This document shows, piece after piece, positions 28,849-41,900 of a stretch of DNA of 64,000 nucleotides. A program made the position numbers and the translations under genes. The stretch comes from the human T2T-CHM13v2.0 reference genome, Homo sapiens, in assembly GCF_009914755.1 (NCBI RefSeq), contig NC_060934.1. One strand, 5' to 3'. Position 1 is the first letter of the stretch; every line of letters begins with the position of its first letter. Below the pieces are notes generated by a model that saw nothing but the letters and a program-made list of their open reading frames with translations, was not told the origin of the DNA and ran no database searches.

Positions 28849-31800
28849 AAAGGATATTTCTATGTGCATTGAGGCCTATGGTGAAAAAGGAAACATCTTC
28901 AGATAAAAACTAGATGGAGGCTTTGTGAGAAACTGCTCTGTGATTCTGTGATGTGTGCATTCAACTCAAAGATTCAAACCTTTCTTTGATTTCAGCTGTT
29001 TGGAACACTGTTTTTGTCCCTTTTGTGAATGGACATTTTGTAGCTCATTGGGGTCAATGGCGGAAAAGTGAATTACCCAACAATAAAAATGAGAAAGAGG
29101 TTATGTGAGGAACTGCATTGTAAGGTGTGCATTCATCTTTCAGAGATGAAAGTTTTTCATTCAGAAGTTTGAAAACACTTTTTGTAGAATATTTAAAGGG
29201 ATATTTCAGAGAGCATTGAGGCCTATGGTGGAAAAGGAAGCATCTTCAGGTAAAAACTACAAAGAAGCTTTCTGAGAAACTGCTATGTGATGCCTGCATT
29301 CATCTCACAATGTTTTCCTTGAATTCTGCACTTTAGAAATATTGTTTTTTTCCATTCTGTGAATGGACATTAGGGAGCTCATCGGGGCCAAAGGCGAACA
29401 AGCAAATATCCCAGGATAAAACCTAGAAGGAAGCTATCTGAGAAAAGCCTTTAGTATGTGCACATTCACCTCGCAGAGTTAAACCTTTCTTTTCATTCAG
29501 CAGTTTGTAAACACTATTTTTGAATAATCTGCAAAGGGATATTTTGGAGAGCATTGAGGCCTATCATGAAAAAAGAAACATCTTCAGATAAAAAATAGAA
29601 AGATTCTTTCTGAGAAACTGCTTTGTGATGTGTGCCTTCATCTCAGAGTATTAAACCTTTCTCTGGATTCAGAAGTTTGGAAACACTGTTTTTATCCATT
29701 CTGCGAATGGACATTTGGGAGCTCGTTGAGGCCAATGTTGAAAATGCAAATGTCCCAGGATAAAAGCTACAAGGGAGCTGTCTCAGAAACTGCTTTGTGA
29801 TGTGTGCATTCATCCCTCATAGAAAAACGTTTCTTTTCATGCAGCTGTTTGTAAATATTGCTTTTGTAGACTCTCTGAAGGGAGATATTGGAGCACTTTG
29901 TGGCCTATATTGACAATGGAAACACCCTCAGATAAAAACTAGAAAGAAGCTTTCTGAGAAACTACTTTGTGATGTGTGCATTCATCTCACAGAGTTAAAT
30001 CTTTCTTTTAATTCGGCTATATGGAAACACTCTTTTTGTCCATTGTGTGAATTGTCATTTGGTAGCTCAATGAGGGCAATGGAGAAAAAGCAAATTACCC
30101 TAGGGTAAAAACTAGAAGGAAGCTAAGTAGGAAACCACACAGCTATGTGTGCATTCATTTCTCAGAGTTAAACCTTTCTTTTCTTTCAGCAGTTAGGGAG
30201 GACTGTTTTTGTTGAATCTGCTAAGGCATATTTGGGAGAGCATTGAGTCTTGTGGTGTAAAAGGAAACATCTTCAGATAATAACTAGAAAGAAGCTTTCT
30301 GAGAAAGTGCTTTGTGAAATATGCATTCATCTCACAGAGTTAATTTTGGATTCAGCAGTTTGGAAACACTGTTATTGTCTATTCTGCAAACGGACATTTG
30401 GGAGATCATTTAGGCCAATTGCAGAACAGAAAATGTCTGAGGATGAAAACCAGAAGGAAGCTATCTGAGAAATCACTTTGCAACATGTGCATTCATCTCA
30501 CAGAGCTAAAGTTTCCTTTTCACTCATCAGTTTGGAAACCCTGTTTGTTTAGAATCTGCAAAGGGATATTGTGGAGAGCATTGAGGCCTAAGGTGAAAAA
30601 GGAAACATCGTCACATAAAAATTAGAATGAAGCTTTCTAAGAAACTGCTTTATGATGTGTGCAATCATCTTACAGAGTTAAACTTTTCTTTGGATTCAGC
30701 AGTTGGGAAACACTGTTTTTGTCCATTCTACAATTGCACATTTTGTAGCTCATTGAGGCCAATGGCAAAAAAGCAAGTGTCCAAGGATAAAAACTACAAG
30801 AAAGCTATCTCAGAAACAGCTTTGTGATATTTGCATTCATCCCTCAGAGATAAACCTTTCTTTTCATGGAGCTGTTTGTAAACACTGTTTCTGTAGAATC
30901 TTCAAAGTGATATTATAGTGTGCATTGAGGACTATGGTGAAAAAGGAAACATCTTCATATAAAAACTAGAAAGAAGTTTTCTGAGAAACTGCTTTGTGAA
31001 GTGTACATTAATCTAAAAAAGTTAAACATTTCTTTGGATTCAGCCAGTTGGAAACTGTTTCTGTCCAATCTGCAAATGGACATTTGGGAGTTCTTTGAGG
31101 TCAATGGTGAAAAAGCAATTATCCCAGGATAAAATCTAGATGGAAGCTATCTGAGAAACTGCTTATTGATGTGTTCATTCATCTCACAGAGTTAAACCTT
31201 TCTTTTCATTCAGCAGTTTGGAAATACTCTGTTTTCAGACTCTGCAAAGGGATACTTCAGAAAGCATTTAGGCCTATGGTGAAAAATGAAACATCTGCAG
31301 ATAAAAACAGGAAAGAAGGTTTCTGAGAAACTACTTTGTGATGCATGCATTCATCTCACAGAGTTATACCTTTGTTTGGATTCAGCAGTTTGGAAACACT
31401 GTTTTTGTCCATTCTGTGAAAGGACATTTCAGAGCTTGTTGAGACCAATGGAGAAGAAGTGAATATCCCAGGATACAAACTAGAAGGAAGCTATCTGAGA
31501 AACTAATTTGTGATGTGCACATTTACTCCCAGAGGTAAGTCTTTCTTTTCATTCAGCAGTTTGGAAATGATTTTTTTGGATAATCTGCAAAGAGATATTT
31601 TGGAGAGCATTGAGGTCTATGGTGAAAAAGGAAATATCTATAGATAAAAAATAGAAATAAGATTTCTGAGAAACTGCTTTGTGATGTGTTTGTTCATCTG
31701 ACAGACTTAAAGCTTTCTTTGGATTCAGTAGTTTGCAATGAGTGTTTTTGTTCATTCTGTGAATTGACATTTTGGAGCTGATTGAGGCCAATGGTGAAAA

Positions 31801-34800
31801 AGCAAATATCCCAGGAAAGAACTAGGTGGAAGATATCTGAGAAACTGCTATGTGATGTTTGCATTCATCACGTAGAGTTAAAATTTTCTTTGGATTCAGC
31901 AGTTTGGAAACACTGTTTTTGTGCATTCTACAAATGGATATTTGGGAGGTAATTGAGGCAAAATGTGAAAAAGTGAATATCACTTTATAAACACTAGAAG
32001 GATGTTATCTGAGAAACTGCTGTGTGATGTGTGCATTCATCTGACTGAGTTAAAGCTTTCTTTTCACACAGCAGTTTGGAAACAGTGTTTTTGTAGAATC
32101 TGGAAAGGTATATTTCAGAGAGCATTGAGGCCTATGGTGAAAATGGAAACAGCTTCAGATAAAAACAGGAAAGAAGCTTTCTGAGAACCTCCTTTGTGAT
32201 GTGTGCATTCATCTCACAGATTTTAACTGTTCTTTGGATTCAGTAGTTTGGATACACTGCTTTGTTCCATTCTGTGAATGGACATGTGGGAGCTCATTGG
32301 GCCCAATGGCAAAAGAGTGAATATCCCAGGATAAAAACAAGAAGGACTCTATCTGAGAAACTGAGAAACTGCTTTATGATGCATGTGCGTGCATTCATCT
32401 CACTGAGTTATACCTTTCTTTTCTTTCAGCAGTTTGGAATCACTGTTTTTTTAGAATCTGTGAAGAGATATTTCAGAGAGATTTGAGATCTATGGTGAAA
32501 AAGGAAACATCAGCAGATAAAAACTAGAAAGAAGCTTTCTGAGAAATTGCTTTGTGATGTGTGCATTCATCTCACTGACTTAAAACTTTCTTCAGATTCA
32601 GTGGTTTGGAAACAATTTTTTTTTCTATTCTGCAAATGGACATTTCGGAGCTCTTTGGGGCCAATGGCAAAAGAGGGAATATCCCAGGATAAAAACAAGA
32701 TAGAAGCTAACAGAGAAACGGCTATGTGATCTGTCTATTCATCTCACAGAGTTAAACTTTTCTTTTCATTCAGCAGTTTGGAAACACTGTTTTTGTAGAA
32801 TCTGCAAAGGGATATTTCAGAGAGCATTGAGGCTTATGGTGAAAATGGAAACACCCTCAGATAAAAACTAGAAGGACGCTTTCTGAGAAACTGCTTTGTG
32901 ATGTGTGCATTCATCTCACAGAGTCAAACCTTTGTTTACATTCAGCTGTTTGGAAACACTGTTTTTGTAGAATCTACAAAGGGATATTTCAGAGAGCATT
33001 GAGGCCTATGGTGAAAAAGGAAACATCCTCAGATAAAAACCAGAAAGAAGCTTTCTGATAAACTGCTGTGTTATGTGTGCATTCATGTCACAGAGGTAAA
33101 ACTTTCTTTCAATTCAGTAGTATGGAAACATTGTTTTTGTCCATTCTGAAAATTGACATTTGGGAGCTCATTGTGGCCAATGGTTAAAGAGCGAATATTC
33201 CAAGGTAAAAACTAGGAGGAAGCTATCTGAGAAACTGCTTTGTGATGTGTGTATTCATCTAACAGAATTAATCCTTTCTTCTCATTCAGCCGTTTAGTAA
33301 CACGGATTTTTTTAAGAATTTACAAAGGGATATTTCGGAGAGCATTGAGGCATATGTGTAAAAGGAAACATCTTCAGAAAAACTTGAAAGAAGCATTCTG
33401 AGAAACCACCTTGTGATGTGGGCATTCCTCACACTGAGCTGAACCTTTCTGTTCTTTCAGCAGTTTGGAAACATGTTATTTTAAGAATCAACAAAGTTAT
33501 ATTTCAGAGAGAATTGAAGTCTATGGTGAAAAAGGAAACATCTTCAGAAAAAAACTAGAAAGCAGCATTCTGAGAAACTGCTTTGTGGTGTGTGCCTTCA
33601 TCTAAAAGAGCTAAAACTTTCTTGGGATTCAGTAGTTTAGAAAGAGTGTTATGTCCATTCTGTGAATGGACATTTGGGAGCACATTGAGACCAATGGTGA
33701 AAAAGTGAATATCCCTGGATAAAAACGGATGGATGCTATCTGAGAAACTTCTAAATGATGTGTGCATTCATCTCACAGAGTTAAACCTTTCTTTGCATTC
33801 AGCAGTTTGGAACCATTGTTTTTGTAGAATGTGCAAATGGATATTTCGGAGAGAATTAAGGCCTAAGGTGAAAAAGAAATCATCTTCAGATAAAAACAAG
33901 AAATAAACATTCTGAGAAACTGCTTTGTAATGTGTGCATTCATCTCATAGAATTAAACGTTTGTTTGGATTCAGCAGTTTGGAAACTGTTTTTATAGGAT
34001 CTGCAAAGGATATTCAGAGAGCATTGTGGCCTATGGTGAGAAAGGAAACACCTTCAGATAAAAACTAGCAAGGAGCTTTCTGAGAAACTGCTATGTGATG
34101 TGTGCATTCATCTCACATAGTTAAACCTTTCTTTGGATTCAGTAGTTTGGAAAGAGTTTTTTTTTTTTTTTTCCATTCTGTGAATGGATATTTGGGAGGT
34201 CATTGAGGTCATTGGCGAAAAAGCAAATGTTCCAGGATGAAAACTAGAAAGAAGCTTTCCAGGAAACTGCTATGTGATGTGTGCATTCATCTCACAGAGT
34301 TAAAACTTTCTTTTCTTTCAGCAGTTTTTAAACACTCTTTTTTTAGAATTCGCAAAGGGATATTTCAGAGAAGATTGAGGCCTGTGGTGAAAAAGGTAAC
34401 ATCTTCAGGTACAAACTATAAAGAAACATTGTGAGAAACTGCTTTGAGATGTGTGCATTCATCTCACAGAGTTAAACCTCTCTTTTCTTTCAGTAGTTTG
34501 GAAACACGGATATGTAGAATCTGAAAAAAGATATTTCGGTGAGCCTTGAGGCCTATGGTGAAAAAGAAAACATCTACACATAAAAACTACAAAGAAATTT
34601 TCTGAGAAACTGCTTTGTGATGTGTGCATTCATCTCACAGAGTAAAACCTTTCTTTGGATTCAGTAGTTTGGAAAGAGTGTTTTCGTAGAATCTTCAAAG
34701 GGATATTTTGGAGAGCATTGAGGACTAAGGTGAAATAAAATCATCTTCTGATAAAAACTATAAAGAAACTTTCTGAGAGACTGCTTTGTGATATGTACAT

Positions 34801-37800
34801 TTATCTCAGAGAGTTAAACCTTTGTTTTTATTCAGCAGTTTAGAAACACTGTTTTTGTCCATTACATCCATGGACATTTTGGAGCTCATTAGGGACAATG
34901 GCAAAAAATAGAATATCCCAGGATGAAAACTAGAAGCGAGCTATCTGAGAAACTGTTATTTGATGTGTACATTCGTGTCACAGAGTTAAAACCTTCTATT
35001 CATTCAGCAGTTTGGAAACACTGTTTTTGTAGAATCTGCAAAGGGATATTTTGGAGAGCATTGATGCCTATTGTGAAAAAGGAAACATCTTCAGATAAAA
35101 ACCATTAAGAGGTTTCTGAGAAACTTCTCTGTGATGTGTGTATTCATCCACAGAGTTAATCCTTTCTTTAGATTTAGCAGTTTGGAAACACTGTTTATGT
35201 CCATTCTGTGAATAGACATTTGGGAGTACTTGGAGGCCAAAGGTGAAAAAACTGAATATCCCAGAATAAAAACTAGAAGTAAGCTATCTGAGAAACTCCT
35301 AAGTGATATGTACATTCATCTTGCAGAATAAAATGACTCTTCATTCAGCAGTTTGGAAACACTGTTTTTACAGAATCTGCAAAGGGATATTTTGGAGATC
35401 ATTGAGGTCTATGTTGAAATAGCAAACATCTTCTGATAAAAATTAGAAAGAAGCTTACTAAGAACCTTCTTTTTGATGGGTGCATTCATTGCACAGAGTT
35501 AAACCTTTATTTGGATTCAGCACTTTGGAAACACTATTTTTTGTCTGCAAATGGACATTTGGGAGTTCTTTGAGTCCAGTGATGAAAAAGCTAATATCCT
35601 GTGATAAAAACTAGAAAGAAGCTATCTGAGAAACCGCTTTGTGATGTGTCCATTCAACTCACAGAGTTAAAACTTTCTTTTCATTCAGCAGTTTGGAAGC
35701 ACTGTTTTTGTGAAATCTGCAAAGGGATATTTCAGAGAGCATGGAGATCTATGGTGAAAAAGGAATCATCTTCAGATAAAAACTGGAAAGAACTTTCTGA
35801 GAAACTGCCATGTGATATGTCCATTCATCACAAAGACTTAAAGTTTTCTTTGGATTCACTAGCTTGAAAACACCATTTTTGCCCATTCTGTGAATGGACA
35901 TTTTGGAGCTCATTGAGGCCAGTGGTAAAAAAGTGAACATCTGAGGATGGAAACTAGAGGGAAGCTCTCTGAGAAACCGTTTTGTGATGTGTGCATTCAT
36001 CTCACAGAATTAAACCTTTCTTTCCATTCAGCAGTTTGGAAACACTGGTTGTAGAATCTTCAAAAGGATGGTTATAAGAGCACTGAGGCCTCTGGTGAAA
36101 AAGGAAACAACTTCAGATAAAAGCTAGAAAGAAGCCTTCTGAGAAACTGCTGTGTGATGTGTGCATTCATCTCACAGAGTTAAACACTTCTATGGATTCA
36201 GCAGTGTGGAAACACTGTTTTTCTCCATTCTACAAATGGACATTTGGGATTTGCTTGAAGCCAATGGTGAAAAACCGAATATCCCAGGATAAAAACTAGA
36301 AGGAATCTAACTTAGAAAGTGCTATGTGATGTGTCTATTCATCTCACAGAGTTAAATTTTTCTTTTCATTGTGTGGTTTAGAAACACTGTTTTTTAGAGT
36401 CTGCAGTGGGATATTTAAGAGAGCAATGAGGCCTATGGTTAAATAAGAAACGTCTACAAATAAAAACAAGAAAGAAGCTTTCTGAGAAACTTCTTTGTGA
36501 TTTGTGCATTCATCTCTCAGAGATAAATCTTTCTTTGGATGCAGCAGTTTGGAAACACTGTTTTTTTTAGAATCTGCAAAGGGATATTTCAGAGACCACT
36601 GAGGAGTACTGTGAAGAAGGAAACATCTTCAGATAAAAACTAGGAAGGAACTTGTGTGCATTCATCTTGCAGAACTAAACCTTTCTTTTCATTCAGCGGT
36701 TTGGAGACACTCTTTTTGTAGAATTTGCAAAAAGATATCTTAGAGAGCTTCGTGGCCTATGGTGAAAAAGGAAACATCTTCAGATAAAAACTAGGAAGAA
36801 GCTTTCTGGGAAACTGCATAGTCATGAGTGTATTCATATCACAGACTTAAAACTTTCTTTGGATTCAGTAGTTTGGAAACTGTTTTTGTTCATTCTGTGA
36901 ATGGACATTTGTGAGCTCATTGAGAACACTTGAGGACACTGGCAAAAAAGTGAATATCCCAGTGTAAAATCGAGAAGGAAGTTATCAGAGAAACTGCTTT
37001 GTGATATGTGCTTTCATCTCACAGTGTTAAACTTTTCTTTAGGTTCAGCAGTTTGGAAACACTGTTTTAGTCCATTCTGCAAAAGACATTGGGGAGCTCT
37101 TTGAGGCCAATTGCAAGAAAAAGTGAATATTCTGGGAAGCTATTTGAGAAACTGCTAGGTAAAGGGTGCATTAATCTTGCAGAGTTAAACCTTTCTTTTA
37201 ACTGAGAAGTTTGGCAACACCATTTTTGTGGTATCTGCAAAGGGATATTTCAGAGAGAATTGAGGCCTATGGTGAAAAAGGAAACATCTTCAGATAAAGA
37301 CAAGGAGAAGATTTCTGAGAAACTGCTTTGAGACGTGTGCATTCAACTCACAGAGTTATACTTATCTTTACATTCAGCTGTTTGGAAACACTGGTTTTGT
37401 AGAATCTGCAAACACATATTTCGAGAGCATTGAGGCCTAAGGTGAAAAAGGAAACATCTTCAGATAAAACTAGAAAGAATTTTCTGAGAGACTACTTTGT
37501 GATGTGTGCATTCATCTCACAGACTTAAACCTTTCTTTGGATTCAGTAGTTTGGAAACACTGTTTTAGTCCAAGATGTGAATGGACATATGGGAGCACAC
37601 TGAGGACTCTGGCAAAAAAAAGCAAATACCCAAGAGTAAAAACTAGAAGGAAGGGATCTGAGAAACCTGCTTTGTGATGTATGCATTCATCTCACAGATT
37701 TAAACATTCCTTTTCATTCAGCAATTTGGAAACACTGTTTTTTTAGAATCTGCAAAGGGATATTTTGCAGAGCATGGAGGCCTATGGTTAAAAAGGAAAC

Positions 37801-38229
37801 ATTTTTGGCTAAAAACTAGAAGGAAGCTTTCAGAGAAACTGCTTTGTGATGTGTTAATTCACCTCACAGAGTTAAAACTTTCTTTGGATTCAGTAGGTTG
37901 GAAAGAGTGTTTTTGTCCATTCTGTGAGTGTGCATTTGGCAAAGAAGAAATTACCCCAGGATAAAAACTAGAAGGAAGCTATATGAGAAACTGCTTTCTG
38001 ATGTGTGCATTCATCTAACAGAGGTAAAACTTTCTTGGGATTCAGTAGTTTGGAAAGAGTGTTAAGTCCATTCTCTGAGTGGACATTTGGGAGCTCATTG
38101 AGGCCAATGGTGAAAAAGAGAATATCCCAGGAAAAAAACAGACGAAATCTATTTGAGAAACTGCTGTGTGATGTGTGCATTCATCTTGGAGATTTAAACC
38201 TTTCTTCTCATTCAGCCGTTTTTAAACAC

Positions 38230-38945
38230 TGTTTTTGTAGAATCTGCAAAGGAATATTTCAAAGACCATTGAGGCCTAAGGTGAAAAAGGAAACATCTTC
38301 AGATAAAAAACAGAAAAAAGCTTTCTGAGAAACTGCTTTGTGATGTGTGCATTCAACCCACAGACTTAAAACTTTCTTTGAATACAAAGTTTGGAAACAC
38401 TGTTTTTCTTCATTCTGAGAATGGATATTTGGGATTTCATTGAGGCCAATACAGAAAAAGTGAATATCCCAGTATAAAATCTACAAGACTATCTACAAGA
38501 TAAAATCTGTCAGAGAAACCGCATTGTGATGTGTGCTTTCATCTCACAGAGTCAAACTTTCTTTTCATTCAGCAGTTTGGGAACACTGTTTTTGTAGAAT
38601 CTGCAAAGGGATATTTCAGAGATCATTGAGGCCTAAGGTGAAAAAGGAAACATCTTCAGATAAAAAATAGAATGAAGCTTTCTGAGAAACTGCTTTGTGA
38701 TGTGTGCATTCAACTCACAGAGTTAAAACTTTCTTTGAATACAGAGTTTGGAAACAATATTTTTCTTCATTCTGTGAATGGACATTTGGGACTTAATCGA
38801 GGCCAATATAGAAAAAGTGAATATCCCAGGATAAAATCTGCAAGATTATCTACAGGATAGAATCTATCAGAGAAACTGCTTTGTGATGTGTGCTTTCATC
38901 TCACAGAGTTAAACCTTGCTTTTCATTCAGCAGTCTGGAAACACT
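38230..38945 (+). repeat. Tandem duplication of an aberrant 357 bp dimer
   Basis: Both copies carry the private rearranged segment AAAATCT(A/G)CAAGA(C/T)TATCTACA(A/G)GATA, plus TTGAATACA and ATTCAAC. The offset is 357 (38351/38708; 38491/38848). Confidence 0.9.
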
Positions 38946-41900
38946 GATTTGTAGAATCTGCTGAGGGATATTTTGGAGAGCTTTGAGATTTCTGTTGAAA
39001 CAGAAAATATTTTCAGATTAAAAACTAGAAAGAAGCTCTCTGGGAAACCCCTTTCTGATGTGTGCTTTCATCTCAGAGAGTTAAATCATTCTTTGTATTC
39101 AGGAGTTTGGAAACAGTGTTTTTGTCCATTCTGCAAATGGATATTTTGGAGCTCATTTAGGCCAATGAGGAAAAAGCAAATGTCCCAGCATAAACACTAG
39201 AAGGAAGCTACCTGAGATGCGGCTTTGTCATGTGTGCATTCATCTCACAGAGTTTAACCTTTCTTTCTTTAGGCAGTTTGGAGACTCTGTTTTTCTAGAA
39301 TCTTCAAAGGGATATTTTGGAGAGCATTGAGGCCTATTGTGAAAAAGGTAAAATCTTCAGGTAAAAACTAGAAGAAAAACTTTCTGAGAAACTGCCTTGT
39401 GATGTGTGTATTCATTTCACAGGGTTAAACTTTTCTTTGAATTCTGCAGTTTGGGAACAATGTTTTTCTCCATTCTGCAAATGGACATTTAGGACTTCAT
39501 TGAACCCAATGGCAAAAAAGTGACTATCCCAGGAAGAAATCTAGAAGGAAGCCATGTGAAAAACCACTTTGTGATGTGTGCATTCATCTCACAGAGTTAA
39601 ACATTTCTTTTTATTCAGCTGTTTGTAACCACTGTTACGTAGAATTTGCAAAGGTTTATTTTGGACAGCATTGAGGCCTACGGTGAAATAGGAAACATCT
39701 TCAGATAAAAACTAGAAAGAAGCTTTCTGAGAAACTACTTAGTGATGTGTGCATTAATCTGACAGTGTTAAATCTTTCTTTGAATTTAGCAGTTTTGAAA
39801 CACTTTTTTTGTCCATTATGTGAATGGACGTTTCAGAGCTCATTCAGGCCAATGGTGAAAAAGCAAATATCCCAGGATAAAAAGTAGCAGGAATCTATCT
39901 GAGAAACTGCTATTTGATGTGTGCAGTCATCTCGCAGTGTTAAATCTTTCTTTTCATTCAACAGTTTGGAAACCCTTTTATTGGATTAAGTAGTTTGGAA
40001 AGAGTGTTTGTCCATTCTGCTAAAGGACATTTTGGAGCCCATTGAGGCCAATGGCAGAAAATCGAATATCCCAGGATAAAAAGGATGGAAGCTATCTGAG
40101 AAACTGCTACACCATGTGTGCATTCATCTCACAGATTAAACTTTTCTTTTCTTTCAGTAGTTTGGAAACACTTTTTTTTAGAATCCGCAAAGTCATATTT
40201 TGGAGAGTATTGTGGCCTGTGGTTAAAAAGGATACATCTTCAGTTAAAAACTAGAAAGAAGCTTTTGGAGAAACTGCTTTTTGATGTGCACATTAATCTT
40301 ATGGATTTAAACCTTTCATTGCATTCAGCAATTAGGAAACACGGTTTTTCTCAATTCTGCAAAGGGACATTTGGGAGTTCATTAAAGGCCAATAGTGAAA
40401 GAGCAAATATCCCAGGATAAAATCTAGAAGGAAGCTATTTGAGAAACTGCTTTGTCATGTATGCATTAATCTTACACAGTTAAACCTTTCTTTTCATTCA
40501 GTAGTTTGGAAACACTTTTTTCTCCCTTCTGCAAATGGACATTTGGGACTTAATAGAGGCCAATGGTGAATAAGCAAATATCCCGAGAAAAAATCTTAAG
40601 AAATTTAACTGAGAAACCGTTTTTTGATGTGTGCATTAGTCTCAAAGAGTTAAATCTTTCTTTTCATTCAGCAGTTTGGAAACACAGTTTTTGTATAATC
40701 TGCGAGGGGATATTTTGGAGAGCATTGAGACCTATGGTGAAATAGGAAACATCTTCAGATAAAAACTACAAAGAAGCTTTCTGAAAAATTGCTTTGTTAT
40801 GTGTTCATTCATTTCACAGAGATAAATCTTTATTTGGATTCAGCAGTTTGGAAAGAGTGTGTTTGTCCATTTTCCTCATGGGCATTTGGGAGCTCATATA
40901 GGCCAATGATGAAAATGTAAATATCCCAGGATAAAAACTAGAAAGAAGGTGCCTGAGAAACTGCTATGTTATGTGGGCATTCATCTCACAGACTTCAAAC
41001 TTTCTTTGGATTCATTAGTTTGGAAACACTGCTTTTGGCCATTCTCTGAATGGACATTTCAGATCTCACTGAGGCAGAAAGCAGAAAAGTGAATATCCCA
41101 GGCTAAAAACAAGAAGGAAGGTATCTGAGAAACTGCCTTGTGATGTGTGCATTCATCTCACAGAGTTAAACTTTTCTTTTCATTCAGCAGTGTAGAAAGA
41201 GTTTTTTTAGAAACTGCAAGGGGATATTTCAGAGAGTATTGAGCCTATGGTGAAAAAGGAGACAACTTCAGATAAAAACTAGAAAGAACCTTTCTGAGAA
41301 ACTGCTTTGTGATGTGTGCATTTATCTCACAGACTTAAACCATCCTTTGGATTCAGCAGTTTGGAATCACTGTTTTTGTCCTTTCTGCGAATTGACATTT
41401 GGGAGCTCATTGAGGCCAATGGCAGAACATTGAATATCCCAAGATAAAATCTATAAGGAAGCTATCTGAGAAACCCCTTGGGATGTGGGCATTCATTTCA
41501 AAGAGGTAAAGCTTTCTTTTCACACAGCAGTTTGGAACCAGTGATTCTGTGGATTCTTCAAGGGGATATTTCAGACAGTTTTTGGCTTATGGTGAAAATG
41601 AAAACATCTTCACATAAAAACTAGAAAGAAGCTTTCTTAGAAACTACTTTGTGATGTGTGCATTCATCTCATAGAGTTAAAAGTTTCTTTGAATTCAGTA
41701 ATTTGGAAACACTGCTTTTGTCCATTCCACAAGTGGACATTGGGAAACTCATTAGGGCCAAAGGCAAAAAGTGAATATCCAAGGATAAAAAGTAGAAGGA
41801 AGCTATCTGAGTAATCGCTTTGTGATGTGTGCATACATCTCACAGAGTTAAACCTTTCTTTTCATTCAGCAGTTCAGAAACACGGTTTTAGAATAATCTA

